Origin: Octopus sinensis
Lineage: Eukaryota
DNA: 64,000 bases
Assembly (NCBI RefSeq): GCF_006345805.1
Contig: NC_043005.1
Span: 70,990,001-71,054,000 of the forward strand
Reading direction: 5' to 3'
The notes under the pieces are model-generated. The model had not been told where the DNA came from. It ran no database searches and saw nothing but the letters and a program-made list of their open reading frames with translations. Numbering within the stretch: position 1 is the stretch's first letter; each line of letters opens with the position of its first letter. Of this stretch, positions 1 through 12,759 are shown in pieces. The position numbers and the translations under genes were made by a program.

Positions 1-54
1 ATATATATATATATATATATATATATGTGTATGTATATTATATGTGTATATATA

Positions 55-91
<37 letters not shown>
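1..91. repeat. (TA)n/(TG)n microsatellite flanking the Penelope-like element
   Basis: Dinucleotide runs read directly. Confidence 0.95.
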
Positions 92-3000
92 TGGTATAAA
101 CGGTAAGATAACAAAAGAAAGAAAGAGACCTGAATATTATGTAAATAGAGGAAATTTATCTATAAAATAATATGTTACATTTACTCAATAGTCAAGATAA
201 AACTCTGAGTTTCAGATGCCGAAGTGGAAATCCACAACACCATCTCTTCGGTTATCTGGCCATCTGAAAAACGCTATGAAAAAATACCGTTACATAAAGG
301 GAAATTACTGTATTATAATTCTGCTCGCGAACCCACGTGTCTACTTATACGTCCCTATGAAAACGTACAAATATATATGCATATATATACAAACTCATAC
401 ACACACACATGCGTACCGTAAAAGTTCATACGTCTATATACGCACAAGCACAAGAAAAACCATGGTTAAAGGTTACAGAAAAAACATAAGGAAGTATACA
501 AAGCATAAAAACCACATTCATATACGGACATGCCCCTATGCACTCATACACACACACGCCCATATATGTACATACCCGCACATATTTATATACACATACA
601 CACACACGCATATGCAAAAAATGAATATACATATGTCCCACCCCCACAAAAAAATGGAAAAATACTAAATAAAAACGTCTATATATATGTGCATTCTTAT
701 GCCCGCACACACTCACACATCTAAAACTGCCCACTCATACATATTCACACACGTGTACAAATGAATCTATATACACGTCTATATAGGCACAGGAAAAATG
801 CAGGATAGAAAAGTACAGAAAAAATTAATATGTGTGAAAATATAAATATATATATGAAATAATAAAAGGTATAATGAGATAAAAAACTTTTTGGGACATA
901 ATATAGAAAGCAAGTTCTATCTGTTTTCTTTAGGGGACCAAAAACGTAACAGAAACTTAGTCACATGTGGGCATGATCCGAAAAGCTCTGTCCTTGTATT
1001 TAGACATGTAGTAGGGTCTAAGCTGCTTTTCCAGATAAGCCATCTCTCCTTGTCGCATAGACCGCACCTACCGCTGCCGTTGGTGTAGGGCTTACATTTG
1101 GCCAAAATCTTCCAATTGATGTTATAATCGACACCTTTATCTTTTAAAGACCAAATATGATTAGATAATTTTGTCACTTTTCTTTTGTTCCAGTGCCTAA
1201 AACTCAAGGTGTGGTTATTGAACCTGGCCTTGAAATTACCCTCTGTAAGGCCCATGTATTTCTTCGTCGAAACGGTGTCTTTAGTGGTTATAGAGTCCAC
1301 GGTAGCTTCATAGATGATGGTCTTGGACATGCAAGCTCCATTTAGCGGGCACAATTTTTTATTCCTGCATGAACAGCTGTTTTCTTGTTGTGGTTTTTGT
1401 GTGTTATGTGTGATTATATTTTTAAAATTGGTAGTAGAACTAAAACTAATTTTTAAATTGTGTTTATTGAAGAGTTTCCTATAAGTATGGTTAATTGGAA
1501 AATGTCTATCTATCAGTGTTAAGAAATATTTACCTATATTGAAGGTCACTTCAGGTGAGTAAGGGGGTGTAAACCAGATGATCTTCCTATTTCTATTTTT
1601 CCTCTTCTTTACTGTTGGGCTAGTAACAGGTGTATATTTTATTTTTTCGCTAAAACCACTATCTTTGAAAGCCTTATTATAAACTGGGGCAATGCTATTA
1701 AAAATGTCCTTATCAGAGGAGAGGCTAGAAATTCTCTTACTAATATTTTTAACTAAATTTTTGAATACTATAGGGGGATGGCATGAACCTACATTAATAT
1801 AACTAAGTCTATCATTGGGCTTCCTATAAGGCTTATAAATATTCTTATTTAGATCTAAGGAAACGTCTAGGAAATTGACAACCATCAGGTTAGTATCTAC
1901 AGTTATACTAAGTCCAAAGTATTTCATTAATTGGATAATACCCTTCCTAAAACGATCCTGTGCTGGTCCATTTGTATTAGCGGTTAAAGCGAGGGCATCA
2001 TCTTTGTAGATGGCGAAATATACATCAGGAAATGTCTTACCTAAAGTATCTAGGAGACAAAATCCAATAAGATCGCAAATGCCTGCTCCATCATATGACC
2101 CATGCTCACATCGAAAGGGCTTTATCTAACAGTTCTTTAAAGATAGAGGCATAAAAATCAACAATACCGAATTGTGTAAACCTCGCTTTTTTCTTATTCT
2201 TAATGGCTTTAAACCAGTCTACGACTTCTATACTATTGGACCATTGTACTAGCCTAGTAGCGGTCTTAATTTTCGCATTTATTTTATCTAAAATTTCTTT
2301 ACTAACAATCCCAAGTTCTGACTTAGCTGGGTTGATAAGCCTACATTTAGGGTTGGAAAGGAAGTTCTCTTTGTGGTCTTTAATTGTAATAAAGGCCTCT
2401 TTTTGGGGAAGGACATCTATTTTTTTTATCTAATTTAAGTTTAGCGGCGATAACGCTAGCTTCTTTATTAATTTCATTATATGTCTGTGGCCTAGCCTTA
2501 GTGTAATTATTAATGATGCTGTTGTGTATATATGCTGTTATCTATCAGGTATAAGTTCTTGGTTTTATCCGAAAAAAGTGCTTTTTTCTTGGAGCTTTTT
2601 ATATGTTTTATATCTTTTTTCAATTTATGTTGGAAATTGTTAAAAGACTTACGAAATTTTATTTTATTCATAATTTTCAGTAGGTCCACTTCGAAATCTT
2701 CCAAGCCTTTAATCTTGGGAGGGAATTTTTTAGATTTAATATGATAGAAAGTATTTTCCATGGTGTCCACTTCTGTATTAAAAAAGAAAGCTTTCCATCT
2801 CATGCGCTTAATTAGATCAGTAATTTTCTCTAAAAGTTTCTTTGAATAAAGTTCCCTTGATGGGATTGGTATATTTTTCATAGAATAATCTATGTAATAT
2901 GCGTCCATATTAAATTCTTCTGTCTGTAAGAGTCCTCAACCGATGTTAGGCGATAATCCAAAGAAGCCGTATTAGCTCTTAGTGAAAAATAGCGTCGTCT

Positions 3001-3345
3001 GGGAGGTAATTTATTGGTAAAAACGGTAAGATAACAAAAGAAAGAAAGAGACCTCAATATTATGTAAATAGAGGAAATTTATCTATAAAATAATATGTTA
3101 CATTTACTCAATAGTCAAGATAAAACTCTGAGTTTCAGATGCCGAAGTGGAAATCCACAACACCATCTCTTCGGTTATCTGGCCATCTGAAAAACGCTAT
3201 GAAAAAATACCGTTATATAAAGGGAAATTACTGTATTATAATTTCAGATGGCCAGATAACGAAGAGATGGTGTTGTGGATTTCCACTTCGGCATCTGAAA
3301 CTCAGAGTTTTATCTTGACTATTGAGTAAATGTAACATATTAATT
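92..3345 (-). mobile_element. Penelope-like retroelement (RT + C-terminal GIY-YIG), defective, with pseudo-LTRs
   Basis: Near-identical direct repeats 92-320 and 3015-3243, plus an inverted ~97-bp copy at 3244-3341. Both ends lie in (TA)n. Minus-strand translation gives TIKDHKENF, CRLINPAKSELG, MGSYDGAGICDLIG, IYKDD and IIYEATV...KKYMGLT...FKARFNNH...CGLC. Confidence 0.92.
917..2908 (-). pseudogene. Disrupted PLE polyprotein (RT-GIY-YIG endonuclease)
   Basis: ORF-track pieces 2510-2908 and 917-1927, plus an ATG-less middle piece; frameshifts near 2510, 2170 and 1930; apparent deletion between DKAL and FDVSMG. Confidence 0.88.
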
Positions 3346-3407
3346 TATAGATATATATATATAGATATAGATATATATATATATATACATATATATCTAT
3401 ATATATG

Positions 3408-3451
<44 letters not shown>

Positions 3452-3452
<1 letters not shown>

Positions 3453-4688
3453 ATGAGGGTGTGCTGAAAAGTTCATAGCGTGACTATGAAGGACTGATAC
3501 TAGAGATATGGAAACATGCATACATTAACTTCAACTCTTCTGATTAACGACTTCATTGTTTCTTTCCAAGTAAGCTCACATCTGACTTTTCAAAAAGAAA
3601 AGAATACTTCAAAAGTAACTGTAGCAACTTCTTGTGAAAATGGACAACATTTTGGCATGGTGGTGTTATCAAGCACCTGCAGAAGTACATTCAGAGGACA
3701 GTTAGGCTGATATGCTTGCAACATGAGGGAAAGACACATTAGCTTTATCAACAGAGCAAAAGTAGGTAGCTATATTTAGGAGGAGAAGGGAGAGTCTTGA
3801 AGAAAACCAATGTTCTGGGCCTTCTGCAACAAGTACCACTGAGGAAAACATTGATCAAGTTCAACACATGATGACAGGCAATTGTTTATAACTCTTACAG
3901 GATATTCTGATAGTCGATGCTATTAGCATATCGTGGAAAGAGAGTTGGGAATATTCTGTACAATGAAGTTGATATAACAAAGGATTTTTTTCGGCGGGTG
4001 CAACATCTGACATTTTATCAAAGACACATCAAGCTAATTGGACATTGTTTGAGGCAGATCCAGCTGGTTTCTTTGAACATTTCCTAAGCCAAGAGATGTG
4101 TTGGCTTCATATATTTGAGTCAAAGACAAAGAGGCAACCCATGCAGTAGAAACACACCCACTTAACCAGTTCCAAAGAAGGTCAAAGTCGTTTAACCTCC
4201 GGGGAATATGATGGCCTTAGTTTTCTAGGATGTAAAATGCATTTTGTTTATTGACTATCTTCGAAGGGACCATACAATCAATGTAGAATACTATGCCAAC
4301 TTACTGAGGCAGTTATGAAGGGTTATCAAGAGCAAAGGCCCAGGAAAATTGACAAAAGATGTCTTGTTTCCAGCACACAAATCCTTGGTTCCAATGGCTT
4401 CTGTGCAGGACTGTGGCTTTGGTCTTGTTCACCTGACACTCCAGTCTGATTTAGCTGCATCTGTCAATCATCTGTTCCACAACATAAAAAAAAACTTGAT
4501 TGAGAACCAGTATCACAGTGATGAACAGCAGGCTGAAAGCTTCTTCACCAATAAGACCCAAGCACTACAACACCAGTGAAAGAAGTGTGTGGATTCTAAG
4601 GAGAACTATATTGAAAAATAAACCTCATTTAATTACATTCCATCAGAGTATCTTGGTCAGCGTATGAACTTTTCAGCTGACCTTCATG
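3452..4688 (+). mobile_element. Degenerate mariner (Tc1/mariner) transposon
   Basis: Inverted termini (tgagggtgtgctgaaaagttcata / tatgaacttttcagctgaccttca), TA on the left, ~1.24 kb; decayed transposase motifs (W.H.FE..TK.Q, YYANLLRQL, SDLA.S..HLF). Confidence 0.85.
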
Positions 4689-4789
4689 TATATGTGGTTG
4701 TGTGTATATATATTATGCTCTAGAATGCTGTTTCCATTTCCACCTTGCTATATGGTTGCAAAACCTGGACTCTATACCATTGCAACATC

Positions 4790-5075
4790 CAAAAATTAGA
4801 AAGCTTTCACCTGCAAAAACTTCTTTCGGTCTTGAATGGGAACACTATGTGACCAAAAACAAAGTCCTGGAAAGAGCCAACAGTCAAAACACTGAATTAC
4901 TGAGCATGAAACAGCCACTTCGATGGTCAGTACATGTACCAAGAATGGAAGCATCAAGGTTTCCATGTCAGGTCTTATTAAACAAGCTTACATCAAGGAA
5001 AAGACTATGGGGTTGCCATTTTCAAGCATACAAGAACCAACACTTTGAAATCCACAGGACTTGAGTCTAGATTGT
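4790..5075 (+). mobile_element. RTE/BovB-like LINE C-terminal fragment
   Basis: VTKNKVLERAN...LRWSVHVPRMEASRFP resembles the RTE-clade ORF C-terminus (LRW.GHV.RM). Confidence 0.7.
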
Positions 5076-5267
5076 TTGAAACACAAGCCTGAGACTTTAT
5101 GGGTTGGTGGTCTTCCATCACCTTCGAAACCAAAAATTTTGATGTCAACTGAAGGAAAAAGGATGTCAAACAACAAGAGAGAAAGCCATGACAAAATCAA
5201 CATCTGAAAAGACAAACACTAGATAACATTGAGAAGTATATTAATTTGATTTAACATCCATATTTAT

Positions 5268-5800
5268 GTGGAGGCACTTGGCTTAGTGGTTAGGGTGTCA
5301 CCACCATGATGGTAAGATTGTGGTTTCGATTCCTGGACCGGATGACACGTTGTGTTCTTGAGCAAAACACTTCATTTCACGTTGCTCCAGTCCACTCAGC
5401 TAGCAAAAATGAGAAACTAGGGAGCACATACACCATAGAAACCAGGAAAGCAGGCCCATGAGCCCAGCTGGTGCATTTATTTTAGTGGAGGTGCAATGGT
5501 CCAGTGGTTAGGGCAGCGGACTCTGGGATGGAGGATCGGGGTTTTGATTCCCAGACTGGGCATTGTGAGTGTTTATTGAGCAAAAACACCCAAAGCTCCA
5601 TGAGGCTCTGGCAGGGGTTGGTGGTGACCCCTGTTGTACTCTTTCGCCCCTACTTTCTCTCACTCTTTCTTCCTGTTTCTTGAGTAACGCTGTGATGGAC
5701 TGGCATCCCGTCCAGCTGGAGGGAACATATATGCCATAGAGACCGGGAAACCCAGCCCATGAGTCTGGCTAGGCTTGAAAAGGGTGCATAAATAAAAAAA
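5268..5800 (+). mobile_element. Two tandem tRNA-derived SINEs
   Basis: Heads gtggaggc...tggcttagtggttaggg and tggtccagtggttaggg with A/B-box-like motifs; shared tail ccatagaaaccgggaaac...gggtgcat; related copies elsewhere in the window. Confidence 0.85.
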
Positions 5801-7589
5801 ATCCATATTTATATATAAAATACTACAATTAGTCATCATTTTTGACAGCACGGGGCCAGCTAGTTTTGAAATAGTTTAAGAAACAAAAAGAATATAATTG
5901 ATTTTATTTAGCTTTAATCTTGTAAATTTCACGGCTCGGCATTAAAATCTATGCTGCGTTTTGCTACAGTTGAACAAAAGCTTGAAAACTCAGGTGTTCA
6001 AATATCTAATACTATTAATGTCTTAGACATTCAATACGTCACACAATATTTCAATATTTAATGGCAGAATCTAGTTCAGTCGTCTAATGATACAAACAGA
6101 ATTGCTTAATAGAGCCAACAGAAGCCAATAATTGCACAAAATATAGACTGTTCCTGATGCATACTTGTAGAAATTTTAAGAGCTTTTATCTCCAAATTTG
6201 ACCATGAAGACGATAATAATAGCAAACATAAGAATGAAAGATTATCTGCTAAGCAGACAACATAATTGTTATGAGATACTACTTTTTTCACCACCCAATA
6301 ATTCTAAATTCACATCAAAAAGCAAAATTTAACAGATTTACATTTTCCTTATTTTTTTCTTTCAATTCCTATTTAAATTTCATTCTGTTTCCTTTTTATA
6401 TTTTCTTTATTATTTATTTATTGTTTTTCTTTATCTCTACATTCTTTTATATTTTGTGTCTTTTTTTAACATTATTTACTCTCTAAATTTAAAATTTGTT
6501 TTTATGTATTTATTTATATATTTCTGTTTCCCACTTTATTTTTATTATTATTATTATTTTATTATCATTTTTTTTTTTTTTCATTTCATACACTGTAGTT
6601 CCTGTTTATTTCCAACAATAGAAAGCCGGAATAGAAACTGTTATATCAGAAATGATCCGAAAATAATACAAATGGTAGAATAGGAAAAAAAGAAAAAAAC
6701 GAAAGAAAGAAGGAAAGAAAGAAAGAAAGAAAGAGAAATAACAACAAAAATAAAAAGGGAAAGAGAAAGTAATTTTGGTAAAGATTTTGGAGTCAGACAA
6801 TTACTTAGCTAATTGGTTGTATTATTGCAGAACAGTAATTATACCAAAATGGTACTTTTTAACAGACATTTGTCTCTTATAGACCGAAAGTCATTTATTC
6901 TGACATGGAGAGAAATATATATTTTTCCATGTGCATGAAGATGAAGACATTTGGTTTTTTTTCTCCCTTTGATTCTATCATTGTCTCACTTCTAGATTAA
7001 TATACTTGTGTGAGAGAGAGACAAAAATTTCGTTTGCATCTTTGGCATATATCATCATCACCATCACCATCATCATCATCACCATCATTTTTTTAATATC
7101 CACTTTTCCAAGCTAACACAGGTCAGATGGAATTTGTTGCAGCAGACTTTTCTATAGTAGGACACGTTTTCTGTCACCTGGTTCTGAGCGAGATAGTATT
7201 TGCCCATGTGTCCCCATGTTGGACATGTTTTCATGGAAGATTGGAAATATATAACCCTGCTTATGTGATGATGGTGACACTTATTTGCTTCTATTGTATG
7301 ATGTAGGACAATGAAACACAAACACATTCACACACACACACACACACACACACATACAAATTACTTAATATCTTTCAAAATACATACAGGTATATATGCT
7401 TATATATCCATCATCGTCATCATCATCATCATCATCATTTAATCTCTGTTGTCCATGTATATACATACATACACATATATATATAATATATATATGAATT
7501 GTTTTTATATTTGGTCTCAGGTTTCTTAATGTGGATTCGTGGGTTGAAAGAAATATTGTTGTGTCCTGGAATGGTGTATTGACCCTCCC

Positions 7590-7598
7590 AAATTTCAA

Positions 7599-7652
<54 letters not shown>

Positions 7653-7880
7653 ACACACACACACACGCACACAGCACACACACAGCACACAGCACATACA
7701 TACACACACACATGCACACACACAAACAGCACTCACATACACACAGTACACACAGAACACAGACACACATGCATACAGACACACATGCATACAGACACAA
7801 AGACACACAGACACAGACACACAGACACACGCACACAGACACACACACACTCACACACTACCACACACACACACACAACA
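7590..7880. repeat. (CA)n-rich microsatellite tract
   Basis: Read directly. Confidence 0.95.
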
Positions 7881-8444
7881 CAAAATACTATAAATTATAT
7901 CAATAAGACATATGAAAGTTAATTTCACATTATTGGTTGCTTTTCTGAGAAAGCTTTAATTAGATATATATCTAAATACACCAGAAACAACAAAACTATA
8001 TGTACATTCATGTATCAAAAAAAAAAAAAAATCATAACATTTAATATATAACAATCTTTAATTAAATATTTAGTTCCTGTGCTGTGAAGTACTTCATTTA
8101 CATACATTAACTGAAAAAATGTGTATGCATATATTACACACATTTTTATTTGTTCTGCTTGCTCTGCTATATTTTATTTCTTTCATAAACGAATATATAG
8201 CATCATGTTGCCACAAATTACTGTAAATTACAAATGATGTAAGAGCTTTCCTCCTTCACTGATGATAGTACATACAGCATATGAAACTGAGATTGCAATA
8301 AATGGACAGATATTTAAAAGTTATTTATATATAGGTTATATTTAGATGCTTAACTGTATGCATATATTATTTAGCTCTAGCACAACATATCAAGCACTAT
8401 CATAATATTAGCATTCATATATATATATATATATATATATATCG

Positions 8445-8584
8445 TCGTTTAACGTCCATTCTCCATGCTAGCATGGGTTGGACGGTTCGACCGGGGTTCT
8501 GGGAAGCCAGAAGGCTGCACCAGGCTCCAGTCTAATTTGGCAATATTTCTACAGCTGGATGCCCTTCCTAACGCCAGGAAGGGC

Positions 8585-8621
<37 letters not shown>

Positions 8622-9295
8622 GAGGTGTGTGGCTTAGTGATTAGGATGTTGGACTCATGATCACAAGATTGTGGTTTCAATTCCTGAACTGGGCAATGCG
8701 TTGTGTTCTTGAGCAAAACACTTCACTTCACGTTACTCCAGTCCACTCAGCTGGCAAAAATGAGCAACACTGCAATGGACTGGTGTCCCATCCAGCTGGG
8801 GAACACATACGCCATAGAAACCGGGAAACCAGGCCCATGAGCCTGGCTAAGCTTTAAAAGGGTGCATTTATTATTTATATATGTATGCATATGTAGGTGC
8901 AGGAGTGGCTGTGTGATAAGTAGCTTGCTAACCAACCACATGGTTCCGGGTTCAGTCCCACTGCGTGGCCCCTTGGGCAAGTGTCTTCTGCTATAGCCCC
9001 GGGCTGACCAATGCCTTGTGAGTAGATTTAGCAGACAGAAACTGAAAGAAGCCTGTCGTATATGTGTGTATATATATATATGTGTGTGTGTTTGTGTGTC
9101 TGTGTTTGTCCCCCTAGCATTGCTTGACAACCGATGCTGGTGTGTTTATGTCCCCGTCACTTAGCGGTTCGGCAAAAGAAACCGATAGAATAAGTACTGG
9201 GCTTACAAAGAATAAGTCCTGGGGTTGATTTGCTCGACTAAAGGCGGTGCTCCAGCATGGCTGCAGTCAAATGACTGAAACAAGTAAAAGAGTAT
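8445..9295. mobile_element. SINE cluster: RTE-tail fragment (-), tRNA-SINE (+, 8619-8872), bipartite CORE-like SINE (+, 8894-9293)
   Basis: Matches to recurrent local families (aggaagggcatccagctgtagaa; ggagtggctgtgtg...ccttgggcaagtgtcttctgctatagcc...tgactgaaacaagtaaaag). Confidence 0.85.
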
Positions 9296-9529
9296 ATATA
9301 TATAGATCAAAAGGATCAAAGGTACTGTCTGTACCACTGAGCTTTTAAAACCAGATTCCCAGATTCTGTAGAGTATATATTCACTTGTAGACAGAACGCT
9401 GGTCCATTGCAGGAATATTCCTTTTCACCAGCAGATTGACCTGGAGATGTACTACGGTGTCAGCTGTTCCCTACCAGTGAACTAACATAACACATCTTAT
9501 TTTTTTGAGCACCTTCCGGAGTATTCGAG

Positions 9530-9942
9530 CAGTTCCAAACAGTTCTGCTTCTGTTGTTGTTTTTGTTGATGTTGTTGCTGCTGCTGTTGCTGTTCAGCAA
9601 AAATGGTCTTCGTCCCAGAGTGGGAGAAGTCCAAAATGTGGCGCTCTGCTATTCGTAAAACTTGCAGAAGAGAAAGCAGGTCAACCCCTGATACCGAGAG
9701 CATCGACGGATGGATGAATGTGCATCCAGGCTCAGCAGTTGCATAAGAAGTCGGGGACAAGAAACAGGAAGAAAGAGTGAGAGAAAGTTAGGGTGAAAGA
9801 TTACAACAGGGGTCGTCACCACCCCCCTGTCGGAGCCTCGTGGGGCTTTAGGTGTTTTTGCTCAATAAAAACACACAATGCTCGGTCTGGGAATTGAAAC
9901 CGCGAGTCTGCTGCCCTAACCACTGGGCCATTGCGCCTCCAC
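9530..9942 (-). mobile_element. tRNA-headed repeat (SINE head joined to a longer unique body)
   Basis: Reverse complement of the 5485-type SINE head at 9745-9942, continuing into a different body. Confidence 0.6.
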
Positions 9943-10019
9943 TGTTGCTGCTGCTGATGTTCTCCTCCTCCTCCTCCTACTACTACTATTACTACTACTA
10001 CTACTACTTTAATTGCTCG

Positions 10020-10345
10020 CAGGTCACCAAAAGCAGAGGCAGTCTTCTCAACCAAACTACTGCTGTAGGTGCTGTTGGATGATGGGCTCTGGTGATGTTG
10101 TTATTCCACAGTTTCTGTCTCCATAGTACTAACCATAGCATGCTCAAGGTCAAAACACTGCTACTTCAGGTCTTCCTCAATATGTTTTGCCCATGTCTTC
10201 TTAGGGACACTGGACTGGATTCACCAGTTTGTGGATGCTGCCACCACAGAAGTTGGTGTGGTAGACTTCCAGTGCTCATTCTGCAGACATGGCCAAATCA
10301 CTGTTGTCTGTGCTGCCAGACTTGGTCTTCAATGGCTAGCCTCTC
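10020..10345 (-). mobile_element. RTE-like LINE C-terminal fragment
   Basis: Decayed W.GHVCRM...LP.QLLW motif on the minus strand. Confidence 0.55.
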
Positions 10346-10426
10346 TGTTAAGTTTATATAATCATATTATATAAAACCAGTCTTCTCCCTTTTGACTTAG
10401 GAACTTTACCCATCTGCATACACACA

Positions 10427-10482
<56 letters not shown>

Positions 10483-10554
10483 GCAGAAATAAAGGATATT
10501 GAAGAGTGTCTTAAGATGTATGGTAATTTACCCCAACATCACACATCATCAGAG

Positions 10555-10815
10555 AGAGAGATGAACATGATACACAGGGCACTTTGGAGAGCAAAGGATC
10601 AGATCATCAGCAATGTTCTTTGGTAACTGAAGCATGGGTGCGCAAATGTTGGTCAACCACATAGAAGCCACATACAACGACTGTGCAAGGACTCTGTGTG
10701 CACCTGAGAAGACCTGCCATGTGCAATGGAAGACAGCACAAAGTGAAGGGATCGAGTCATAGCAATCCATGCCAAAAAGCATGACTGGATGATGATGGTG
10801 ATGATGATGATGATG
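10555..10815 (+). mobile_element. RTE-like LINE 3' end with (GAT)n tail
   Basis: Decayed VLW..KHG...VG.P...LCKD...EDLP.AM.D motif ending in a GAT repeat. Confidence 0.55.
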
Positions 10816-10974
10816 TCTTAAGATCCTGCAGGAGAGAGACATGTATTAATGGCATATAGGAAAAAGAGGTTGTACCACATTAGAATCAAGGCATTGGAAA
10901 GCATCACAGACAGAGAATTGTCAGTAGAAGGTCTAAGCAAACATGACTATCAATGTGTTTGAGGTTTCTTTGAA

Positions 10975-11290
10975 TATCATCATCATCATCATCATTATCG
11001 TTTAATGTCAGCTTTCCATGCTGGCATGGGTTGGACGATTCAACTGAGGACTGGCGAACCAGATGGCTGCACCAGGCTCCAATCTCGATCTGGCAGAGTT
11101 TCTACAGCTGGATGCCCTTCCCATCGCCAACCACTCCAAGAGCGTAGTGGGTGCTTTTACATGCCACCAGCACAAGGGCCAGTCAGGTGGTACTGGCAAC
11201 GCCACGATCAAATGGTGGTTTTTACATGCCACTTGCACATGAGCCAGTCCAGCGGCACTGGCAACGACCTTGTTCGAATGTTTTTTCACG
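10975..11290 (-). mobile_element. RTE-tail SINE/LINE 3' end
   Basis: Reverse complement of aggaagggcatccagctgtagaa...ccaacccatgccagcatggaaa...(gat)n; same family at 13610, 28440 and 31285. Confidence 0.8.
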
Positions 11291-11720
11291 TGCCATTGCT
11301 GTTAATTTACAGGAAATGCTCATGGAACACATTTCCCAAATGATAGCCAGTATTGCTCAAGTATATATATATATATATCAATGCAGAGCTTTCATGTTAT
11401 ACTGTATATTAGATTATAGGAGACATAGTCAAAGTAGCAGAACATATCAACAGAAATCTCAGATCCAAGAGGAGTAATTGTTTAGCAGATGAAAGAAAAT
11501 ATAAAACAATGAAGTTCAGAATACAAAGACATAACAGAAGTGATGTGTATAGGGAGTGAGGTAACTACTGATTAGAAGGTTGCAAAGATTTTGGTCCCTT
11601 TTGAAGTAGTGTAATTTCAGGAAGGAAGCAGTTGAGAAGGTAGGGTCCAAGCAGTAGTGTAAGAAGTAAGGATGAAAGGTACTTGGACTGCAAAACTTAA
11701 TTTTTTTTTTTTTTTTACAG

Positions 11721-11794
11721 AGATTGATAATGGCAGTCTATACATAAAAACATACACAGTATCTGATAAATTCATCTCTATGAATTCCTCACAG
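11721..11794 (+). CDS. Candidate internal exon of an unidentified host gene (IDNGSLYIKTYTVSDKFISMNSSQ)
   Basis: Long poly-T tract plus acag acceptor, open 74-nt frame, CAG|gtaaat donor, in non-repetitive sequence. No homology recognised. Confidence 0.35.
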
Positions 11795-12759
11795 GTAAAT
11801 CACATTGCTGTAAATACCTTACCTGAAGTTTCTTTTACTGGTAATTTGAAAGCAATGTAATTATACTGAGAGCTAATGCCACATCGATAATTCTATCATA
11901 ATACTTTAGGTCTACTGAGTAAATACATCACTAAACATCATAGTTTTTTTTAATATTTTCTTCTCAGTGTAAATATATTGCATTTCATTAACAATGAAAA
12001 GAAACTGCAAAACAATAAATGAATATAAAATGTTCTTTATATATATAATATATATATATAATATACACATAAACAAGCAAATCAAAATTCATTTTAGAAA
12101 TCAGAACCATATGAAATATTGTGAAAAGCCAAAAAAAAGACAATAGTGTAGCAAATTGTAAAAGAAGCATTGTAAAACGACAGATTATTCGCTATGCCTT
12201 TTCAATAATCAAGTATTTCATGATGTTGATATTCGTTGACAATCTTACTGTTCTTTATTTATTTATTAATTTTTTTTTGTTTTTTGTGATGTGTTAAAAT
12301 CTGTAGAGGCGATATATTGTTCTTATATTACTTCATTTCTTGATTATTCTTTAATATTTCTCAAAAAAACAAATAATAATAATGATAATAATAATAAGAA
12401 TATGTGCTTTAGGCAAGAATATTTTTCTATTTAAATTTCTTTTTTTATTGTTAATGAAATGTGTGTATATTTACTTCAAATAAAACTTTAAATGATATTT
12501 AACATTATGTTTATTATAATCTTTAATGATTTATTTTATTTAAAGAATATTTAGCGATACATATACCCTGTAGATAAAAAATATGTGGAGTAGTCTACAA
12601 ATGATGTATTTGGCAGATAATTAAGATAATTAAAGGGTGGTGTATTTATTCACTGTCTATTACTCACATTAAATCATCAATGAACAAACATATATATATA
12701 TACATACATACACACATATAAACTGATATATACATGCATAAAGTAGTCGTGGTGTAGAC

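Noticed and set aside
216-734. 150-aa and overlapping ORFs in the PLE 3' region
   Set aside because: They derive from CA/TA-rich low-complexity sequence and the pLTR; no domain motifs.
5268-5345. tRNA-like sequences at SINE heads
   Set aside because: A/B boxes are present, but there is no full cloverleaf and they run into SINE bodies; not tRNA genes.
7435-7906. HT/CV-rich ORFs (also 16578-16955)
   Set aside because: Translations of (CA)n/(GT)n microsatellites.
9100-9116. tgtttgtcccc in the middle of the CORE-like SINE, resembling the Tx1-type tail motif
   Set aside because: Only ~11 bp, adjacent to a GT microsatellite, and not terminal.
11822-11895. Minus-strand exon candidate (NYRCGISSQYNYIAFKLPVKETS); similar weak candidates near 5971, 14184, 15256 and 18445
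   Set aside because: Weak acceptor or donor and no consistent chain; expected by chance in AT-rich DNA.
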